A DNA stretch of 64,000 nt, taken from the NCBI GenBank assembly GCA_963764625.1, contig CAVXTH010000009.1:160001-224000 (forward strand), in the 5' to 3' direction. Below, piece after piece: positions 1-10,827 of the stretch (within the stretch, counting starts at the first letter, position 1; each line of letters begins with the position of its first letter). This DNA is from Candidatus Krumholzibacteriota bacterium. GTDB lineage: Bacteria > Krumholzibacteriota > Krumholzibacteriia > JAJRXK01. The notes beneath the pieces were generated by a model. The model was given only the letters and a program-made list of their open reading frames with translations. It searched no databases and was not told the DNA's origin. The translations under genes and the position numbers were made by a program.

Positions 1-1071
1 TTCGTGTCGATGGGGATCACGACCATCCTCTGGTACGCGGTCGGGTTCTCGCTCTGCTTCAGCGGGCATGGCCCCATCGTCGGCAACCTCGACATGGCGT
101 TCTTGCGCGGGGTGGACCCCACCAGCGTGTTCGCGGGCAGTCAGATTCCGCTGATCGTCTTCATCGCCTACCAGATGATGTTCGCGATCATCACGCCGGC
201 CCTGATCACCGGCGCCTTCAGCAATCGGGTGCGCTTTCCCGCCTATCTGGTCTTCCTGGTTCTCTGGCTTCTGCTCGTCTACTTCCCCTTCGTCCACATG
301 GTCTGGGGCGGCGGTATTCTGCAGCAATGGGGCGTGTTGGACTTCGCCGGTGGCATCGTGGTCCACAACATCGCGGGGATGGCGGCGCTGGCCTCGGTGC
401 TCTACGTGGGCAAGCGCAAAGTCGCCGAACAGGGACCGCACAGCATCCCGCTGGTGGCCCTTGGCACCGGACTTCTCTGGTTCGGCTGGTACGGTTTCAA
501 CGCGGGCAGCGAACTCCAGGTAGACGGAATCACCTCTCTCGCCTTCTTGAACACAGACATCGCGGCGAGCTTCGCGGCGATCACCTGGCTCATCATCGAA
601 TGGAATCGCGCGCACAAGCCGCGCTTCGTGGGGTTGTTGACTGGCGCAGTCGCTGGTCTGGCCACGATCACACCGGCGGCGGCCTATGTGCCGATCTGGG
701 CCGCGGCCTCGATTGGTGTCGTCGCGGGCATCGTGTGCTACTGGGCGGTGGAGCTGAAGAACAAACTGGGTTGGGACGACGCGCTCGACGTGTGGGGCGT
801 GCACGGCGTGGGCGGTGCCCTGGGAATCGTCATGCTCGGGGTGTTGGGTGAACTCGCGGTCAACCCCAAGGGGGCGAACGGATTATTGCACGGAGGCAGC
901 GGCTTCTTCGTCAAGGAAGTGGCGGCAGTCGCGATCTCCTCGCTCTATGCATTCGTCTTCACCTATGTCATGCTCTGGCTCATCAACCGGGTCACCGTGG
1001 TGCGTACCAGCGAGGAGCAGCAAACGACACTCGACGAGTCGTTGCACGGCGAGACGGCCTACCTCACCTAG
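1..1071 (+). CDS. amtB: Ammonium transporter (Amt family), 5'-truncated by window edge
   Basis: Motifs YQMMFAIITPAL, DFAGGIVVH, LWFGWYGFNAGS, DDALDVWGVHG (twin His); C-terminal LDESLHGETAY. Confidence 0.96.
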   Translation, partial: FVSMGITTILWYAVGFSLCFSGHGPIVGNLDMAFLRGVDPTSVFAGSQIPLIVFIAYQMMFAIITPALITGAFSNRVRFPAYLVFLVLWLLLVYFPFVHMVWGGGILQQWGVLDFAGGIVVHNIAGMAALASVLYVGKRKVAEQGPHSIPLVALGTGLLWFGWYGFNAGSELQVDGITSLAFLNTDIAASFAAITWLIIEWNRAHKPRFVGLLTGAVAGLATITPAAAYVPIWAAASIGVVAGIVCYWAVELKNKLGWDDALDVWGVHGVGGALGIVMLGVLGELAVNPKGANGLLHGGSGFFVKEVAAVAISSLYAFVFTYVMLWLINRVTVVRTSEEQQTTLDESLHGETAYLT

Positions 1072-1085
1072 GAAAGGAGGCTCCC

Positions 1086-2105
1086 TTGAGATTCAAGCTC
1101 ACGGTCGCGGCGGCTTTGCTCGCCGCGACCCCGCCCTTGGTGCAAGCGGTCGCGGTGGCCCAGGACGAAGTGGACTTCCACGACACCTCAATCAGCGGAT
1201 TCGTCGACGCGAGCTATTTCGAAAACCTCGCCGATCGCGGCGGCGAGTTTGGTCTCGATCAAGTCGAGATCGACCTCGATCATCAGGCGAGCGAAAAGAC
1301 CCTGTTGCGCGCCGACCTGGAGTGGGTGAAAGATGGCGAGGGTTTCCTGGCTCAAGTCGAACAGGCCTACATGCGCTACACCGCCGGTGCCGATTGGAGC
1401 TTTACTCTCGGCCGCTTCAATGCACCCATCGGTTTCGAGCTGCTCGATCCGAACGAGATGTATCAGTACAGCCACGGTCTGGTTTTCGACTACGCCCTGC
1501 CGACCAACCTCACGGGTATTTTGATCGGAAAGTCGATTGGCGAGAATTTCGAAGTCCTGACGTATGGCGTCAATGGGTGGGATCAGAACGCCGAAACGAA
1601 CCGCCTGAAAACCTACGGTGGACGCGTGGGGTATACGAATGAGAATTCCACCGCTGGTTTCTCCGTCATCAGCGGGAAGGAGGGCGGCGGAGCTGATTCT
1701 GAGTTCAAGCGGACGGTCGTAGATCTCGACTTCGGTGGAACGCCGGAAGGCTGGGTCTATGGAGGCGATCTCAACTTCGGGAGCGTAAAGTTTACCGATG
1801 GCTCGGAGGCGAATTGGCTCGGAGTGCTGGCGATGATCCATCGCGACTTCAAAGACTGGTGGGGTCTGACGCTGCGCTATGACTTCATCGATGATCAGGA
1901 CGAGTGGGTCTTTGGCCCGGCGGAGGGGGAAGCCCAAAAACGCCAGGCGATTACCCTCGCGCCCACCTTCGTGTTGGACGAGGGACTTGGTGTGCTCGTC
2001 GAAGCCAGAGTAGATTTTAGCGATCGCAAGGCCTTCATCGACCGTGAGGGAGAGCCCTCGAAGACGAGCACATCGTTTGCGGTCGAGATGACCTACAGTT
2101 TCTGA
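1086..2105 (+). CDS. Putative outer-membrane beta-barrel porin (BBP2/DUF1597-like)
   Basis: Signal peptide, ISGFVDASY, EQAY, GRFNAPIGFE, amphipathic beta strands, terminal aromatic residue (YSF); AAGGAGG RBS directly after amt. Confidence 0.75.
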   Translation: MRFKLTVAAALLAATPPLVQAVAVAQDEVDFHDTSISGFVDASYFENLADRGGEFGLDQVEIDLDHQASEKTLLRADLEWVKDGEGFLAQVEQAYMRYTAGADWSFTLGRFNAPIGFELLDPNEMYQYSHGLVFDYALPTNLTGILIGKSIGENFEVLTYGVNGWDQNAETNRLKTYGGRVGYTNENSTAGFSVISGKEGGGADSEFKRTVVDLDFGGTPEGWVYGGDLNFGSVKFTDGSEANWLGVLAMIHRDFKDWWGLTLRYDFIDDQDEWVFGPAEGEAQKRQAITLAPTFVLDEGLGVLVEARVDFSDRKAFIDREGEPSKTSTSFAVEMTYSF

Positions 2106-2146
2106 TCGCAATCGGGGCGGAAGGACCGCCCCGGTGAGTTACTCTG

Positions 2147-2944
2147 ATGCCCGAGCTTCCCGAAGTCGAAACCACGGTCCGGCTCTTGCGCCAAGAGCTG
2201 GTGGGACGGCGCTTTGACCGCGTGAGTCTGAAGTGGCCGCGGCAGTGTCCGACCCCCAAGCGCTTGCGCACCGAACTGCCCGGATACGAAGTCACCGCCG
2301 TATCACGGCGCGGCAAGTTCATCGTGATCCACCTGAAGCCGGCCGACCGCACCCTTTTGGTCCATCTGCGCATGAGCGGGCAGTTGGCCTTGTGGCCGGC
2401 TTCCACCCCCAAGGATCGCCACGCGCACACCGTGTTCCGGCTGGATGACGGCCGCGAGTTGCGCTTCTCCGACACCCGCAAGTTCGGCCGGGTCATTTTG
2501 GCGTCTGATCCCGACGAAGTTCTGGGGAAGCTGGGCCCCGAGCCGCTCGAAGAGGAGTTCAATCCGAAGTGGATGCGCGAGCGATTCTACGGGCGCAAGC
2601 GGGCGGTCAAGACGCTACTCTTGGAACAGTCGGTCGTGGCCGGCATGGGAAACATCTACGCCGACGAAAGTCTATTCCGGGCGCGCATCGATCCGCGCCG
2701 TCCGGCCAATAGTCTAAGCTCTCGCGAGGTACGCGCTCTGCACGCGGCGATTCGCGCCGTCTTGGCCGAGGCCATCGAGCACCAGGGCACGAGCTTCGAT
2801 TGGGTCTATTCCGGCGGTGAAATGCAGACCCGATTACGCGTCTACGGGCGGAAGGAACAGCCCTGCCCGAACTGCGCCACGCTCATCGAGCGTGTCGTCG
2901 TGGGCCAGCGGAGCACTCACCTGTGCCCGCGCTGTCAGCGTTAA
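2147..2944 (+). CDS. mutM: Formamidopyrimidine-DNA glycosylase (Fpg)
   Basis: N-terminal MPELPEVET, RRGK, HLRMSG, GMGNIYADE (H2TH), C-terminal zinc finger CPNC...CPRCQ. Confidence 0.97.
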   Translation: MPELPEVETTVRLLRQELVGRRFDRVSLKWPRQCPTPKRLRTELPGYEVTAVSRRGKFIVIHLKPADRTLLVHLRMSGQLALWPASTPKDRHAHTVFRLDDGRELRFSDTRKFGRVILASDPDEVLGKLGPEPLEEEFNPKWMRERFYGRKRAVKTLLLEQSVVAGMGNIYADESLFRARIDPRRPANSLSSREVRALHAAIRAVLAEAIEHQGTSFDWVYSGGEMQTRLRVYGRKEQPCPNCATLIERVVVGQRSTHLCPRCQR

Positions 2945-4164
2945 GCTACCGACTCTACGTGCGGATGGACGCTTTCGGGGACGTATTGGTGGACGATCCA
3001 CGCGGCCAGGAGCGAGAGCGCGCCTCCGATGAAGAAGGGCAACTGGAAGCTGACGAGAGCCAGGATCCCCGCGATGAGGGGTCCGACGGCGATCCCCAAT
3101 CCGAAGCCCATGGTGATGACGCTCATATGGAGCCCCTCTTTACCGGCGGGGGAGAGGTCGGCCGCCAGGGCGAACGAAGGCGCGGCGATGCCCGCCGAAG
3201 CAATCCCCTGGACCAGACGGAGTCCCGTGAGCTGGAGGGTCGAGCTCACCAGCCCCAAGAGGGCGGTCGATGGCGTCATGAGTATGAGGCCGAAGATGAT
3301 GAGCGGTTTGCGTCCGATGCGGTCGGAGAGATGGCCCAGGGGAATCTGAAACAAGAGCCGGCTCACCATGAGAGCGCTGAAGGCCACACTGAAGGCGAAC
3401 GCGGTCTGCTCGAGCCGCTCGTTGAACTGCACCTCCAGCGTGCTCATCATCGTCAGCATCGTGGCCATGACGAAAGTGGCGGCTCCCAGACTGACGACCC
3501 CACCGGAAAGCGCCCCGCGTTCGAAGAGTCTGAAGGTAATGCGCGACCTTACTGCCCTCACGCCATTCTCATGGGGGATATCGTGCACCCAGAGCTGAAC
3601 CAGGAGCATTCCCAGGAGAATGAACCCGGTTCCGGCCAGAAAGGCCGCGTCGAATCCGTAGCGGACGTGGAGAAATCCCCCGATCAAAGGACCAGCAGCA
3701 AACCCCACGATTCGCATGGTGGAGTAGATCCCCATCGAGCTTCCCCGGGAGCTCTTTTTGGTCGCCGAGGTCATCAGCGCCATGGACGCGGGAATGGTGA
3801 CGGCCACTCCCACCCCCTGGATCGAACGGAGCAAAAGTAGATCCACGAAGCGACCGGCGAAAATGAACAAGAAGGTGCTGAGGGCCATCACTAGCAGTCC
3901 AGCCAGAATGAAGATCTTCCGGCGTTGGAAGCGATCGCTCAGAGAACCCATGAACGGTTGGAGCGCGGAATTCACGATCCCGTACAGCGATATCAGAATT
4001 CCCACTCGCACCGATTCGGGCACGTGAAACCACGGCGCTGGTAGCTCGGCAACGTAGAGAGGGATGACGATGAAGAGCAGGCTATTGCCGATCGCGTCAC
4101 CCAGGCGGGCCACTGAGAGAGCGAGGACGACTCGATTCATCCCGAGCGAGTCCGGTAGTTTCAT
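2941..4164 (-). CDS. MFS transporter
   Basis: About 12 TM helices; motif A twice (GSLSDRFQRR, GHLSDRIGRK). Confidence 0.92.
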   Translation of the reverse strand: MKLPDSLGMNRVVLALSVARLGDAIGNSLLFIVIPLYVAELPAPWFHVPESVRVGILISLYGIVNSALQPFMGSLSDRFQRRKIFILAGLLVMALSTFLFIFAGRFVDLLLLRSIQGVGVAVTIPASMALMTSATKKSSRGSSMGIYSTMRIVGFAAGPLIGGFLHVRYGFDAAFLAGTGFILLGMLLVQLWVHDIPHENGVRAVRSRITFRLFERGALSGGVVSLGAATFVMATMLTMMSTLEVQFNERLEQTAFAFSVAFSALMVSRLLFQIPLGHLSDRIGRKPLIIFGLILMTPSTALLGLVSSTLQLTGLRLVQGIASAGIAAPSFALAADLSPAGKEGLHMSVITMGFGLGIAVGPLIAGILALVSFQLPFFIGGALSLLAAWIVHQYVPESVHPHVESVA

Positions 4165-4189
4165 GCAATCCTCGGCCGCGGATAAACTC

Positions 4190-5649
4190 TCATTCCCGTC
4201 GGGTTCGAAAGGTGATGATGTAGGGCTTGAGCGGAATGCCGTCCTTGCTCTTGAATCCTACGTAGTCTTTCGTGTTCAGAGAAAACGCGTACGGGCGTCG
4301 GGCTCGAGCTGAATGTCCATCGTGAGAACCGTGTGATCCTCGTTCCACTCGTAGTTCGAGGTCGTCTGGTTGCTCGCCCTGCTACCTCTAGTCGGGCGGG
4401 CCAAGTGCGTAGCCTTTTGTCATAGCCCGATCAAAGTGAAGCATCAATTGCTTCGTAGCAGGATCGACATCCCTCAGCGCCGTTCGCTGGCTCGGTATTC
4501 ATGATGAGCGGTCGATGCTCTTCTAGGTAGCGCTCCCGTTCGGCGATGACATCGTCGAGCGTCGGCGCGTACTCGCTGAAAAACTCCGCGACCGGCGGTA
4601 TGTATGCATCGAAAGTCCTGTACTGTTCACGACTTCGCTCGTATGTCCCCAAGCACTCCGAGAGCTGTGGCATCCATAGAAACGAGCGCTTCACTTCGTA
4701 TTCAACCCTCTTCTTGGCGGTGTCTTCGTCGTGGTGTCCGAGAAAGTAACGGATTACCACGGCACGAACGATCGATTCGTCCGTCATGATCTTCCACGTC
4801 GGGTAGGCCATCTTCTCCATCGTCTGAGGAGACGTTATCGAACATCTTGCTGGTAGGGGCCTCGAAGGCCGCACTTTGCGCCTCGACCAAGTCATTCACG
4901 AAGGAATGGCAGAACTCGTGAACGATGACCTCCAGACAATCGGAACCGATCACCGGCATGCCTTCATCATCGACCGTATTGATGCCGATGATGGCATAGA
5001 ATCTCTCCTTTCCCTTCTCGTCGAGGTACTTGGGGCCGTAGCTGGCTGGACCGTTGATCATGGCCGGGATGACGGTGAACGGTTCGGTCGGGGCGGAACC
5101 AAAGTAGGCTTTGATCCACTTGACATCGAGATTGGCGTCGACGAATGCTCTCATGGTTCGAGTCAAGTACTCGTAGAGATCCCGGTGATCGTCGTAGAAC
5201 TTCTTGAATTGGCTCACCTTGACGAAGTCCGCGAGCTGCTGAATGAAGGTGTCCGCACTGGCCGGCGTCCACCTTCCATCTGCGTAGAGCATCAGGGAGT
5301 CGTCATTCAGTGGCCGAATGGGCTTGGGGTTGAAAGCGTCATCGATATGCAGTGCCATCTGCATCACCGCGTCGAAGCTGACGCCTTGGGTCTTGCGCAG
5401 CTCCTGCGACAGAAGGACCACCGGGTGGTTCTCATAGGGTTTGAAGTAGGTGTCGACGTCGTTCACGTAGCGAGCAACCTGGCTTTGGCTGAACTCCACA
5501 TGGCCGCCGAGGAGGTAGACGATCCCCAGGAGCTCGACGCGCGGGTCGACCCTCACCTCGACCTCATGCTGGGGAATGGCCGCCGCCGAAGTGGCCGTAA
5601 AAATCATCGTCGCGAGCGCAAGAAGGCAAATTCCAGATGCTGATCTCAT
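4190..5649 (-). CDS. DUF4932-like secreted protein with C-terminal Ig-like domain, interrupted by about 4 frameshifts
   Basis: Signal peptide MRSASGICLL, VDPRVELLGIV, HEFCHSFVN zincin motif. Continues in other frames (AYPTWKIMTDESIVRA; PANGAE-DVDPATKQLMLHFDRAM; GFKSKDGIPLKPYIITFRT*) to TGA at 4190. Confidence 0.7.
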
Positions 5650-5775
5650 CCTCGATTCCTCCTGGTCATGCGTACGGTCGGTCTGAGCAGCGCGAAACGC
5701 GTGCAGATTGCGGCGGGATGCCTCATATTCTAGGGGCAAAGACCAAGTGATGCAACGACCCTCTGGAGGAGAACC

Positions 5776-7632
5776 ATGGACAAGCTCCGCCTCTGTTTGA
5801 CCCTGATGCTTGTGAGCGTGTTCTTGAACGTGGGGGAGCTCGAAGCGGCACCGGTCGAGCCGTCCGAACCTGACTCCGTTGCGGTCGAGCTTCTGGTCAA
5901 GCACTTGAAGTGGCTCGGCGGTCGCGACGCGATCGTGGCTCTGCAGACCCTCAAGTTGCACGGGAGTCTTCGGGCCTCGGGGCTGCGCGGTAGCATCTCG
6001 ACCCTCTTGCGCCGCGACGGCTACTGCCGCACGGACTACGACCTCGGTGTGGTGAAGGGTGCGCAGGCGGTCACTCCCGAAGACACGTGGAAACTGAACG
6101 CGAGCGGCCAGGTGGAAGATCTTGGTCGCGACGAAGCCCAGCAACTTCGGCGCGAGCTGGAACGCGCATTCCTCGAACCTCTCTTCGATGGTTCCCTGCC
6201 GTTTCACCAAATCGCTTCGGAGCAGAAAGACGGTCGTGACTGGGCCGTCCTTCGTTTCGAGTATCCCAACCAAGATAGTTGGGATCTCTTTCTCGATCCC
6301 GAAGATGGGAGCTCGGAATGGTCGCGGTTGACCGTGGACATGAAAACGAGCTGGCTCCATTCCACTGACTACAAAACCGTGGCGGGCGTGCGGATTGCGT
6401 TCCGCAGCGAGAAGACCAGCACCGATCCCGGCGATTCCACCCTCGTGGAGTGGTCAGATGTGAAGGCGGGGGTCGAACTTCCGTCGTCTTCGTTTGCTCG
6501 CCCACCGGCGCGTAAGATCGCCCGGATCACAAGCGGCGCGGCGTGCACGCCGTGGATGAAAACGGTCTCGAAGGACCGGCGGTCACTTCGATTGCGGGGA
6601 GAAATCAACGGGCGCGCCGCGGACATCCTGCTCGATTCGGGCGCGGGGATCACGGTGGTCTCGCAAGCGTTGGCAAAGGAGCTGAAACTTCAATCCCAGG
6701 GTTCTCTCACGGCCGAAGGCGCATCCGCAAGCTCGGAGGCAGCGCTGGTGGGAGGCATCACGCTTCGGATTGGTGAACTCGAACTCGAGGGAATCACCGC
6801 GGCCACGATCGATCTCTCGGCGATCAACCGGCAACTTCCGCGACCGCTGGAAGTGATTTTGGGCAAGGAGCTCTTCCACGCCATGCTCGTCGACGTGGAT
6901 TATCCCCTTTCGCAGGTGAGGTTTTGTGACCCTTCACGCTTCGAGTACACCGGGTCCGGGCGCAAAGTGCCGATCATTCCCGCACAAGACGGCCACAAGC
7001 TGATCGAAGTCACGATCGAAAATCTGGAGCCGACGCTAGTAGACGTCGACACCGGTAGCAACGCGACCCTGGACATCTTCAGCGCGTACACCGATGAGAA
7101 TGGACTGCTCGAAGATCGGGATCGGGTTTCGGAATCGATGTCCGCGGGAGTGGGAGGCAGCTCGGTCAACAAGATCAGCTCCCTGCGCAGTCTGACCGTG
7201 GGCGGATATGAGTTGAAGGATGTTCCGGTCGGCTTCTTTGAGGGAGAGAAGGGCTCGTTCCACACCCGGAGGATCGCGGGCAATCTCGGGGCCGGCGTGC
7301 TGACGCGCTTCCGTATCCTCTTCGACTATCCGCACCAGATGCTTTGGCTAGAACCAGGCGCGGAGTGGGATCGACCCTTCGAGCGCAATCGGTCCGGTCT
7401 GCAGATGACTCCCGACGGGAAAGCGATGAGAGTGGTCTTTGTCGCCCCCGGCAGTCCAGCGGCTGCCGCGGGATGGGAGGCGGGCGCCCGCATCGTGGCT
7501 ATCGACGGCAAGAAAGTGAACCCGCGCGATCCGAGTTCCACGGACTGGAGGCATCGTCCCGCCGGAACGCGAGTGCGTTTGGAGACCGACGATGCTAAAC
7601 TCCACGAGCTGGTTCTCGCCGATTACTATTGA
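5776..7632 (+). CDS. Secreted tandem aspartyl protease (retropepsin-like) with C-terminal PDZ domain
   Basis: LLDSGA and VDTGS catalytic motifs with ILG/NLG flaps; PGSPAAAAG...IVAIDG PDZ; signal peptide. Confidence 0.85.
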   Translation: MDKLRLCLTLMLVSVFLNVGELEAAPVEPSEPDSVAVELLVKHLKWLGGRDAIVALQTLKLHGSLRASGLRGSISTLLRRDGYCRTDYDLGVVKGAQAVTPEDTWKLNASGQVEDLGRDEAQQLRRELERAFLEPLFDGSLPFHQIASEQKDGRDWAVLRFEYPNQDSWDLFLDPEDGSSEWSRLTVDMKTSWLHSTDYKTVAGVRIAFRSEKTSTDPGDSTLVEWSDVKAGVELPSSSFARPPARKIARITSGAACTPWMKTVSKDRRSLRLRGEINGRAADILLDSGAGITVVSQALAKELKLQSQGSLTAEGASASSEAALVGGITLRIGELELEGITAATIDLSAINRQLPRPLEVILGKELFHAMLVDVDYPLSQVRFCDPSRFEYTGSGRKVPIIPAQDGHKLIEVTIENLEPTLVDVDTGSNATLDIFSAYTDENGLLEDRDRVSESMSAGVGGSSVNKISSLRSLTVGGYELKDVPVGFFEGEKGSFHTRRIAGNLGAGVLTRFRILFDYPHQMLWLEPGAEWDRPFERNRSGLQMTPDGKAMRVVFVAPGSPAAAAGWEAGARIVAIDGKKVNPRDPSSTDWRHRPAGTRVRLETDDAKLHELVLADYY

Positions 7633-7677
7633 CGCAAGACTTGGCCGTGAGGTGGCCTGGAAAGTAGAGGAGAATTC

Positions 7678-8448
7678 ATGTCTTCAAGAGCGTTGGGAGC
7701 GGGCCTGCTGCTCGCCTTGGTTGGGTTGATTTCGAGTTCGCCGTCTCTGGCGCAGAACCGCTGGTCCTGGCCCGAGAAGGCCGAGAGCCTGAAGGTCCTT
7801 CCCAAGGATACGAGCAAAGAGCAGTTGCGGGACACCATGCACGGATTCACTCGTGGGCTAGGTGTTCGGTGCAACTACTGCCACGTGGGAGAGGAAGGCC
7901 AGCCCCTTTCCACCTACGATTTCGTCTCGGACAAGAACCCGAACAAGGACCGCGCCCGCGAGATGATGCGGATGATGCACGACATCCATACTCACCTCGA
8001 GAAGATTCAACCCAGCGGCGACCAGCACGTTGCGATCTCCTGCTACACCTGCCATCGAGGACGGCCGCGTCCCATGACCCTGGAGCAGGAGCTCACAGAG
8101 GCGTATCGCGGCAAGGGACTCGACGCGGCTCTGTCGACCTACGACCAGCTCCACACCGATTATTACGGCAGGGGCGCGTACGACTTCGATAGCGAAGAGG
8201 CGCTGAACGTGTTGGGCTACACAGTGCTGGGGAAGGGCGACTACGAGGGAGCCATCAAGGTGTTCACGATGAACGCCGAGAAGTTTCCCAAGTCGGGCAA
8301 CGTGTGGGACAGTCTGGCCGAAGCGTACATGAAATCCGGTGATATGAAGTCGGCCGAGCAATACTACGAAAAGTCCCTGGAACTCGAACCGCGGAATCGC
8401 AATGCCGCGGAGATGCTGAAGAAGATCCGGGGAGGCGGAGGAGACTGA
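7678..8448 (+). CDS. Diheme c-type cytochrome (PufC-like half) fused to TPR repeats
   Basis: Signal peptide, GLGVRCNYCH, CYTCHRG, KDRAREMMRM; TPR NVWDSLAEAY...YEKSLELEPRN. Confidence 0.8.
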   Translation: MSSRALGAGLLLALVGLISSSPSLAQNRWSWPEKAESLKVLPKDTSKEQLRDTMHGFTRGLGVRCNYCHVGEEGQPLSTYDFVSDKNPNKDRAREMMRMMHDIHTHLEKIQPSGDQHVAISCYTCHRGRPRPMTLEQELTEAYRGKGLDAALSTYDQLHTDYYGRGAYDFDSEEALNVLGYTVLGKGDYEGAIKVFTMNAEKFPKSGNVWDSLAEAYMKSGDMKSAEQYYEKSLELEPRNRNAAEMLKKIRGGGGD

Positions 8449-8452
8449 AAGC

Positions 8453-10460
8453 GTGGACGAGTCGGATTCCAGACTACGGATCGCGGTCGTCTTCGGGATG
8501 GCGCTGCTCGCTATTTTGCTGCTTCTGACCGCGATCGGTTTCGATCCCGACCTCCCTCTGCCGTGGGACATGTCCCACCACTATCTGGGCGCCCTGCAGA
8601 TTCGAGACGCGGTCAGGGACTTCTCGCTCCCCGAGCTGGGTCGGGCTCTCTTCGAGCCCGACCTCTATCCTCCAGGGCATTCACTGATCCTAGGATCCTG
8701 GCTCCTGATCGCCGGGGAATCCGGCCTCAGCGTCTTTCTCTTTCGCTGCCTGATCCTCTGGGTTTTCGTGCTCGCTTTGGCATGGGCCGCGGTGCCTCTG
8801 ACGGGACGCGACAGTTGGAAGACGGTCATTTTCGGCTGCATTCTTCTGGGAATCTGCATGCGCTTCATGGCACTGGCGGGGACGTTCCTAGTCGATGCGC
8901 CCGCCGCGGTTTTGGCTTTCCTGTCGCTGGTACTAATCGCGAGACTCGCACATCGCCCGTCCGGGAGACTCTTCGCGGGTGCTCTTGCGCTCAGTACTCT
9001 CACACTGCTCACGAAATACAACGTGGGGCTCCCCTTGATTCCCGCCGCGGGCGCGGTGGCTGCAGCGAAGTGGCTTGGGCGCGAACGCCGCACTGCGCTG
9101 AAAGTGCTTGCGGTCGGCATCTTGGCTCTGAGCATGTGGGCTCTGTTCCTCACGATTCAGGTCAATGGTTGGGTCGAGTTTTCACGCTTTGCGGCCAACC
9201 GGGCCAACTCTCTCGGTTGGTCCACGGGTGCCCGGGCGCACTGGTATCTCAATACATTCCTGCACGGATTCTTCGCTGCGCCTTGGTTCGGTTGGGTCTG
9301 CCTGGCGCTGGCTGGCGTGGCGATCATTGTGATTCGCGGCCCCTTGATTCTGGCAAGCATCACTTATCTGGCCACGACCCTTCTGGCTCTGAGTCGGCAT
9401 CCCTATCTTCTCGATCGAAACCTCGTGGCCGCCGCCGTGGTCTGCGTGGCTTTGGCTGCCTTGGGAGGTGTACATCTGGGAAGATGGATCGCGCACAGCT
9501 TGCCTCGGCGTGCACAAGCGTCGCTGGCATTTCTTTTGGTCGCCGCAGCCGCGTTCACGTTGCTCAGTTCGGTTCCGTCGACTCTTGTGAGCAACCAAAG
9601 AGAGTACGGTCCCGATGCCGAGCGCCTGAAGCCGATTTCACGGTTCATCAGTACGGAGATGCGGAAGCACCAGGAGTGTTGCGTGCTCGGCACCTTCAAT
9701 GCGTTCAGTCCCGGGTGGGTACGGATTCTTGCACGGCGAATCCCCGCCAGGCGCCGTCCCCATCTACGGATAGGATTTCCCTACCCCTTGAAGAGCTCGA
9801 GGACCGGACTCGATGCGAGGCCAGACCCGAGTTACGTGCAGACGATTCGAGAATGGGAGCGCCGCGACAAACCCAAATTCGTAGTGAACATCGACGTTCG
9901 CGATGGATCCGTCTTTGACGATGACGACTATGCCCGCTGGAATGCTTGGAAGCGGAATTACATCCAGGTGATTCGAAACTCCCCTGATGCTCGTCTCATG
10001 TCCAGTACGGAAGCTGATTCGCAGCGTGTGGTGGCGGAGGCGATTTCTCTCGGCAACCCGTCGATCGAATATGGCCCCGGCTGGGGTGACGAGGAAGCGT
10101 GGGGACGGTGGGCCGAAGAGAAAGTGGCGGCGCTTCGCATCCTCTCTCTCTCAAACGAACTGCCAAGTGGAGGTGGAGGTGGCGGCCTTCGATGGTCTCA
10201 GCGGCAAGCAAACCTGCAGGGTCATGTGCAACCAGGAGCTGATCGCGTCCTTCGAGATTTCAGGGAGTCCGTGGCAATGGCAAACCCACAAATTCATGCT
10301 CCCGGCCTCAATCGGTCGGAAGGTAGCCGAACTCAGTTTCCACTTCGACGGCTTGTACTCCGGCAGCGAGAGCGATTCCACGCCGCGCGCCCTGCCATTC
10401 AAGACGCTCCTGGTTTCGCTCCCCCCCCCCACACAGCCTCTAGTTCCTCCTCTGGCGTGA
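8453..10460 (+). CDS. Polytopic membrane glycosyltransferase (GT-C/PMT-like), frameshift near 10150
   Basis: WDMSHH early loop, YPPG, LLTKYN, many TM helices. C-terminal soluble domain continues in frame 9987..10460 after a (CT)n tract. Confidence 0.65.
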
Positions 10461-10517
10461 ACCTCACGAGCTCGAGGAGAGCAGCGATCAAGCGGCGCCG
10501 AGGGAAAAGCGCGGATG

Positions 10518-10814
10518 CTACCCCCCCGCGATCGCGCCGATGATGAGCAACGGCTCCTTCCCTGAGGCCACCGCATCGGGAAGCACCGTGTCGGGAGGAT
10601 GGTTCGAAAAGTCCTCCTCACAGGCGTAAAAGCGCAGGAAGGGGCGGCGCCGCCCCGTTGTGTGGTCACGAATCGTTCCGCTCAAAACGGGATAGCGGGA
10701 CTCGAGCGCGTCGAGCGCACTCGCGAGCGTCACCGGCTTCACCGGTTCGAGCTCGACCTCGGCGCGAACGTTCGCCAGGGTCCGCAGATGCTGAGGCAGC
10801 ACGATCCGGATCAT
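10518..10814 (-). CDS. MoaD/ThiS family ubiquitin-like protein
   Basis: [29 protein letters not shown]-terminal AIAGG diglycine. Confidence 0.9.
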   Translation of the reverse strand: MIRIVLPQHLRTLANVRAEVELEPVKPVTLASALDALESRYPVLSGTIRDHTTGRRRPFLRFYACEEDFSNHPPDTVLPDAVASGKEPLLIIGAIAGG

Positions 10815-10827
10815 CGAGGCTCCCGCA

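Noticed and set aside
10141-10430. (CT)n tract and C10 run in the glycosyltransferase as phase-variation switches
   Set aside because: Both lie near the 3' end, and the window has many indels elsewhere; cannot be separated from sequencing error without reads.
10518-10814. MoaD/ThiS protein as a Urm1-like sulfur carrier for the Elp3 pathway
   Set aside because: It lies 39 kb away, is tightly paired with the BNR gene, and no Ncs6/TtuA-type thiolase is in the window.
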